A stretch of DNA of 64,000 nt from Dipteris shenzhenensis (taxonomy: Eukaryota). Made by a program: the position numbers and the translations under genes. Shown in pieces: positions 62,701 through 64,000 of the stretch. The stretch is taken from NCBI GenBank assembly GCA_047967505.1, contig CM106538.1; one strand, given 5' to 3'. The number at the start of each line of letters is the position of its first letter. The stretch's first letter is position 1. Below the pieces are notes generated by a model. It saw nothing but the letters and a program-made list of their open reading frames with translations. It made no database searches and was not told the origin of the DNA.

Positions 62701-64000
62701 TCTTCACTAGGAGCACAGGGGATGCAAAAGGAGAAGTGCTATGAGCCAAATGGTTGGTTTCTGAGGAGAATCCCTCATGTATCGCCACCATGTGTGGGCA
62801 TAGTCTTGCATATGCATACCTGCAAAAATGATGCGCTTCTCCTTAGACTTGGGGTAGAAGCAAAAATAGTCTTCCAGCTTCGTGAGCCACTCCTCCAACT
62901 CATTGGGAGTGCGAGTGTCCCCTTTAAACTTATGCACTGTGAGTTTGTCCTTCATATCCTTAGCTGCATAATTCTTGTGAGTGTAGCCTCCAGGAGTGCG
63001 GGCATCATCACGCTTGAGGTTCACATAATTGGAGAAGGGCATCTCAAGTTTGATGGCCTCAGGTAGGGCCCTGTATGAACGCAAAGAATCTGCCAACATG
63101 TCATCAAAAGTGGCTCGCTGCCCACCATCAACCCTCTGCTGCGTAGAAGTTGTTGCCATATGATGCACTGGCTGCGTCTGGCTATATGTGCTCGCTGGGG
63201 GAGCGATAGGTGTATGAACTCCGGGCTGGGTCTCTCTGCCAAGTGCATCTCTCCGGAATGATGGCATACCAAAGGGCTGAGAAGAGGACTGACCTCTCTC
63301 CTAGGGGTGTGGGCTGCCATATAAACCCAAGCCAACTCCAGGCATACTCGTTGGTGTGGTGAAAGGAGCACTAGCCGGATGCACACCAACGGGTCGGCCC
63401 AAAAGAGACGGTTCAGCATGCATAGATGCAGAAAGATGAGAGCCAAAAGATGGCTTGACATCTTGCAAGAAGGTGCTGTGTGGCACAGAAAATACATCAT
63501 CTATGTCGAGAGAATCCCCAAGTTGGGGTACATGCAATGGTCCAGAAGACTGATGCTCATAGGCATGATGGCCATTTGCCATAAAACCCCTGTGTGGGGC
63601 AGACAAAACATCCTGACTATTTGAATGGTCCCCTTGCTGGGATGCGGGCTGCTTACCCTTATCCTGCATAGCAATGGCAGATGTGATTTGCTGACCAATC
63701 TGCTGTCCCATCTGGACAAGAGCCGTATCTTGCATATCCATGGCTGTGGTAAGATGCTGGCTGAACTCCTGTCCTATCTGGCGGAAAGCACCCTGGAGGA
63801 TAGAGGAAAGGGCATCTAGAAACTGCGTCTGCGCTGCCTGGGCTTCCCGGAATGCAGGAGAGAGAGGCTGAGTGGAAGGAACCTCTGCACCACCAGTGGC
63901 TGCAACCACTGTGGCAGGCACTTACTCATACTGAGCAGCCTCATCAGTGTCATGCGATACATCTCGAGGGACACGCTTCGGTGCCATGGTGATTGGCCCT
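59770..64000 (-). mobile_element. Ty3/Gypsy chromovirus (gag, RT, RNase H, integrase, chromodomain) with an internal deletion
   Basis: Gag from ATG 63987; [55 protein letters not shown], chromodomain VPERIM...EYLIKWQGLLEDENSW; gag joins RT at ~62750 with no protease. Confidence 0.93.

Overview
Repeat-dense land-plant genomic DNA (GT-AG introns, Met-tRNA PBS retrotransposons, a plant-type PRCC gene; a large-genome lineage such as a fern is plausible but the species cannot be called). Main observation: a ~14.5-kb DNA transposon (5014-25062, 20 kb with a younger Copia inside) bounded by perfect 18-bp TIRs. It carries a leftward ~1075-1080-aa DDE transposase with Sola1-like motifs and rightward cargo: a ParB/Srx-like domain fused to a degenerate beta-class DNA amino-methyltransferase-like domain, an FCP1/NIF-like HAD phosphatase domain and a SET domain. 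Between the arms lie arrays of a 24-bp palindrome (AGATTTGGCC-N4-GGCCAAATCT) with 104-bp and 520-bp periodicity, apparently inside the first introns of two genes whose 5' micro-exons cross over. The rest of the window holds two L1-type LINEs, two MITEs, a VPS4/SKD1 fragment beside microsatellite-rich foldback repeats, and PRCC exon 1 followed by >30 kb of nested Copia, chromovirus Gypsy and non-autonomous LTR elements. Domain calls come from motif recognition by eye, not from searches.
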